Assembly: GCF_009914755.1 (NCBI RefSeq)
Contig: NC_060931.1
Length of the DNA: 64,000 nt
Direction: 5' to 3' (one strand)
Source of the DNA: the human T2T-CHM13v2.0 reference genome, Homo sapiens
Shown: positions 61,020 through 64,000 of the stretch, piece after piece
How positions within the stretch are numbered: the first letter of the stretch is position 1
Layout: every line of letters starts with the position of its first letter
Position numbers and translations under genes: made by a program
Notes under the pieces: generated by a model
What the model was told of the DNA's origin: nothing
What the model saw: the letters and a program-made list of their open reading frames with translations, nothing else
Databases searched by the model: none

Positions 61020-61440
61020 ATGCAGGAACCACTTGGCTTAGGTTTGAATGATGCCTCTCCCGCATTCCAATCGTGTGACTTTTGGGAAATTTGCTTAATT
61101 TTTCTAAGCTTCACTTTTGCATTCGTAAAATGGAGATAAGAATATGACATCTCCAAAGAGCTATGGTGAGGATCAAGTAATATAAATGTCAAGTGCTTCA
61201 GAACATTGTCAGGCACATAGTAAATATTTAGTAAATGTTAGTGATTGTCAACTATTAAATTGTCACCATCTGCCAGTCACTGTGTAAGGCACTGGGTGTG
61301 GAGAGAATAAAACACATGGTCCTTGCCATTATGAAACTTTTATTTTGCTGGGGGTGACAGCCAATTAACTAATAACCAGGTGAATGTACAGTAAGTCAGA
61401 TGATAACTAGTAATATGGAGAAAAATAAAGGAATAATGAA
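61020..61440. mobile_element. MIR followed by L2 fragment
   Basis: tgtgacttttgggaaatttgcttaatttttctaagcttcac...gtaaaatggagataa; ggcactgggtgtggagagaataaaacacatggtccttgcc. Confidence 0.7.
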
Positions 61441-62624
61441 AAAGAAAGAATCATGAAATGAACCTACACTGAGAATAAAAGAAGCGAAACAAGATTAAAA
61501 CAAACAAAGCACCTACTCTTCTCTGACACACCAGACCCCCAATCTCAAATAGCAGAAGAGAAGCAATCTACTTTGTCCCCTTTCTTCATGCAGAAAAAAG
61601 AAAAGTTCTCGGAAACCGTCTTTACTAAACTCTAGAAGTTCCTGAGAGTGGGATACTTGTCCTTATTTATTTTCTCTGAGATTACCATTATTAGTGCCAT
61701 TCAGCATCTCTAACTATAAATCTACTTGGTATCCTAGCAATTTCAAGACACTCCAGTTTTAAAAGTACCACATGGAATAGTAAGGCACTTACTATTCTAG
61801 TTCTTTTGAATCCATTCATGATAAAGGGTCTAAAAGAAACTAGGATCAATGACTGTCATCTGCACCGCACAGCAACATACTCTTGAAAAGACGTGAGAGC
61901 ATAACATTGCCCTGACTTTGCAAGAAACAGCACAAAGAATGTACTCAAGGTGATGAGGAAAAGCAGTGGCAAGGTAGTATATAGTATATCTCATTGCTGT
62001 TATCAATATAATCTTCAGCCAGCATCTTTAAGTGGCTTCTAAAATTGAATTAATTATTCAGTGGAAGCCTCGGAGGCAGCAAGAACTCACCTTTCAGAGT
62101 TTTATTTACCCTCATCACCTGCTGTTTGCTCTGGGCTTATTTAAAATCGTAATCATGTCTCCTGTGATGGAGGATTTGGGTTACTTTGTGGTCACATGTG
62201 GAAAATATTATATATCCACATCAAATGTAAATGTGGTCTCTCTTAGTAGAAATCCATGTCGTTTCTCTGGAATTAGACCATGTTGACCCTGTGGGCATAT
62301 GAGATTTAAGTCTACAGGGAGTCCTAAAGAAAAAAAACGTCCTTGAAGCATCCAGGAGAGAACAGTTCCTCAGTCCTTTCATAGCACTTTGTAATTACCG
62401 CTCATCACCATAAACAGACAAACAAACAAACAAAAACTTAAAGAACAAAAGAATGTACTGATTTGCAACATTATCTTGGTCCAAAGGGGTTGTTTTGCAT
62501 TATGCATGCAAGAACAATGAGGAAATCCTCCACACCTGTTAAAAAACGACAGCCCTACAACCAAGAGCCCTACAGTTCCTTTTGCGTCTATGGGGGAGGA
62601 GCAAAAAGGACTCATTCCTAAACC

Positions 62625-63445
62625 CAGGGCAGGCTTCAGGGCGTGTGACCAGTGGAGTCGCACAGGGCCCTTCCTCAAAAGGGCCCTGCACTAGGTTATT
62701 AAGACTCGTCAATCACTGTCTTGAATTTCTTAGTAAGTTCAGCTTGGAAGTTATATAGAAGATTCGGAGTCCCAGCTCACATGCAGTCCTGCCTCTGGCA
62801 CCTCCATACCCCTCCGAGATGGGTTCTCAGTCAGCTTCCTCGGCCCCTGACAACCTGAACTTGATCCAGTTTCCCCCTCCTGGCTCCCTGCCCAGCCCCT
62901 GCTGCCGCCCTCCAATGGGGCCCACTGAGTCAAGTGCACCGACAGAGAGGCCCGCATTCCGGGAGGTGCCTGCGCAGGGAGGAGCCAGGTCGGACGCACC
63001 CATGGTCCCCAACTCTCCCCAACACGTGTCTCAAGGAAAGACATGGCCTTGGCGGCACCGCCGTGGGTTGGGCAAATGACTCTGCTAGCGGCAGCCTCTT
63101 GCCTACTCTGATCCTGCTACCAAGTGCAGTCTATTTAGGCGTTGCCATGACCGGGGATTGAGGTTGTGGACTGTGAGAAACTGGGATTGACCACCGCCCA
63201 CAGAGCCGGTGGGAAGCGGACCTCAGTAGCCTGTGCTCTGCCCACATGCCCCGCTGCCTGGGAAGGCTAAAAGAACGCAACATTAAGTATCAAATTAAAA
63301 ATACCGTGATCAGTCGAGAGAGAGACAGGGTAGCAAATTTTATATTTTATTACCTTTAAGGCCACTTTTCTCTTGTTTTTTTTGAAAAAAAGGCCACCGC
63401 ATTTTCGTTTTGCCCTGGGCCCTGCAGAGTATATACCCTGCCTTC
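62625..63445. mobile_element. MER45B/C-like hAT-Tip100 DNA transposon, complete with TSD
   Basis: Left end cagggcaggcttcagggcgtgtgaccagtggagtcgcacagggccc; right end gcattttcgttttgccctgggccctgcagagtatataccctgccttc; 8-bp TSD cctaaacc (62617-62624) / cctagacc (63446-63453). Confidence 0.8.
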
Positions 63446-63479
63446 CCTAGACCAAGGCTGTGCCAGGCAACACGTAGAC

Positions 63480-63860
63480 CAAAGAGGCTAGAACTTGAGC
63501 TCTTGAGTCAGACTGCCTAGGCACATACCTGAAATGCATCTTGTGTAACGTGGGAAAATGCATTTAACATCTCTGCTTCAGTTTCCCCTTCTACAAAATG
63601 GGGATAATGTCTTAGAGTGCCTTTGTGAGGATTATGCCATTTATAACATGAAATACTTAGTATCTGAAATATAGTAAGGCTTCAATAAATGTTAGCAATT
63701 ATTATATATTAAATATTATATATGGTATCTGCATAGATTCCATAATACAATTCCAAATAAAATTATTTCCCTTTACAGATGAAAAAACTAAGGCATAGTG
63801 GAAAGCAGCTTTACCTAATCCTAAATAGCAAAGCAAAGACTTTAAAGCAGTCTCTTCTAA
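63480..63860. mobile_element. Two MIR fragments in opposite orientation
   Basis: gcttcagtttccccttctacaaaatggggataat; ccctttacagatgaaaaaactaaggcatag. Confidence 0.7.
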
Positions 63861-64000
63861 TTCAAGGGTATCTATGTCCTCCCACTAATTATGCAGCCTG
63901 CAGCTTTGTACGATACACAGTTATGAAACACCTTGAAATCATGTGCACAATATTGAAACTGATCTCTGCAGAAGCGTGCTCTTAAGCTCAAGATGGCTAC

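Noticed and set aside
60608-61051. 147-aa ORF as a coding exon
   Set aside because: Non-ATG start, no recognisable domain, ends in MIR sequence
62663-62688. 10-bp hairpin cagggccctt/aagggccctg as a structured RNA or terminator
   Set aside because: Part of the GGGCCC subterminal repeats of the MER45-type element
62905-62918. CTCF-like ccgccctccaatgg
   Set aside because: Two mismatches in the core consensus; not supportable from sequence alone

Overview
Primate (probably human or great-ape, from several AluY copies) non-coding genomic DNA, intronic or intergenic, with roughly half derived from transposable elements. I find no intact protein-coding gene, RNA gene or CRISPR-like array. Nearly all ORFs in the track are decayed L1, Alu or MaLR translations or chance ORFs. 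Main content: a near full-length old primate L1 (1-7490); an MLT1 > Charlie1 > L1/Alu nest (10.2-15.7 kb); a full-length THE1 MaLR provirus with both LTRs (40.3-42.9 kb); an L1M/L1MA/L1MB nest (52.8-56.8 kb); a CpG-rich MER45-type hAT element (62.6-63.4 kb); and many Alu, MIR, L2, MLT and MER5 fragments. I see no evidence for a new biological system. The most unusual signals are DNA-repair-like scars: a ~170-bp locally templated insertion with a 12-bp target duplication (47961-49216), a patchwork snap-back insertion in L1 ORF2 (3424-3538), and a duplicated Charlie segment around tail-less L1 pieces. There are also candidate regulatory elements (60.4-60.6 kb, MER45, THE1 LTRs) and a few candidate exons. 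Repeat family names come from recalled consensus sequences, not a database search, so subfamily calls and the boundaries of old repeats are approximate.
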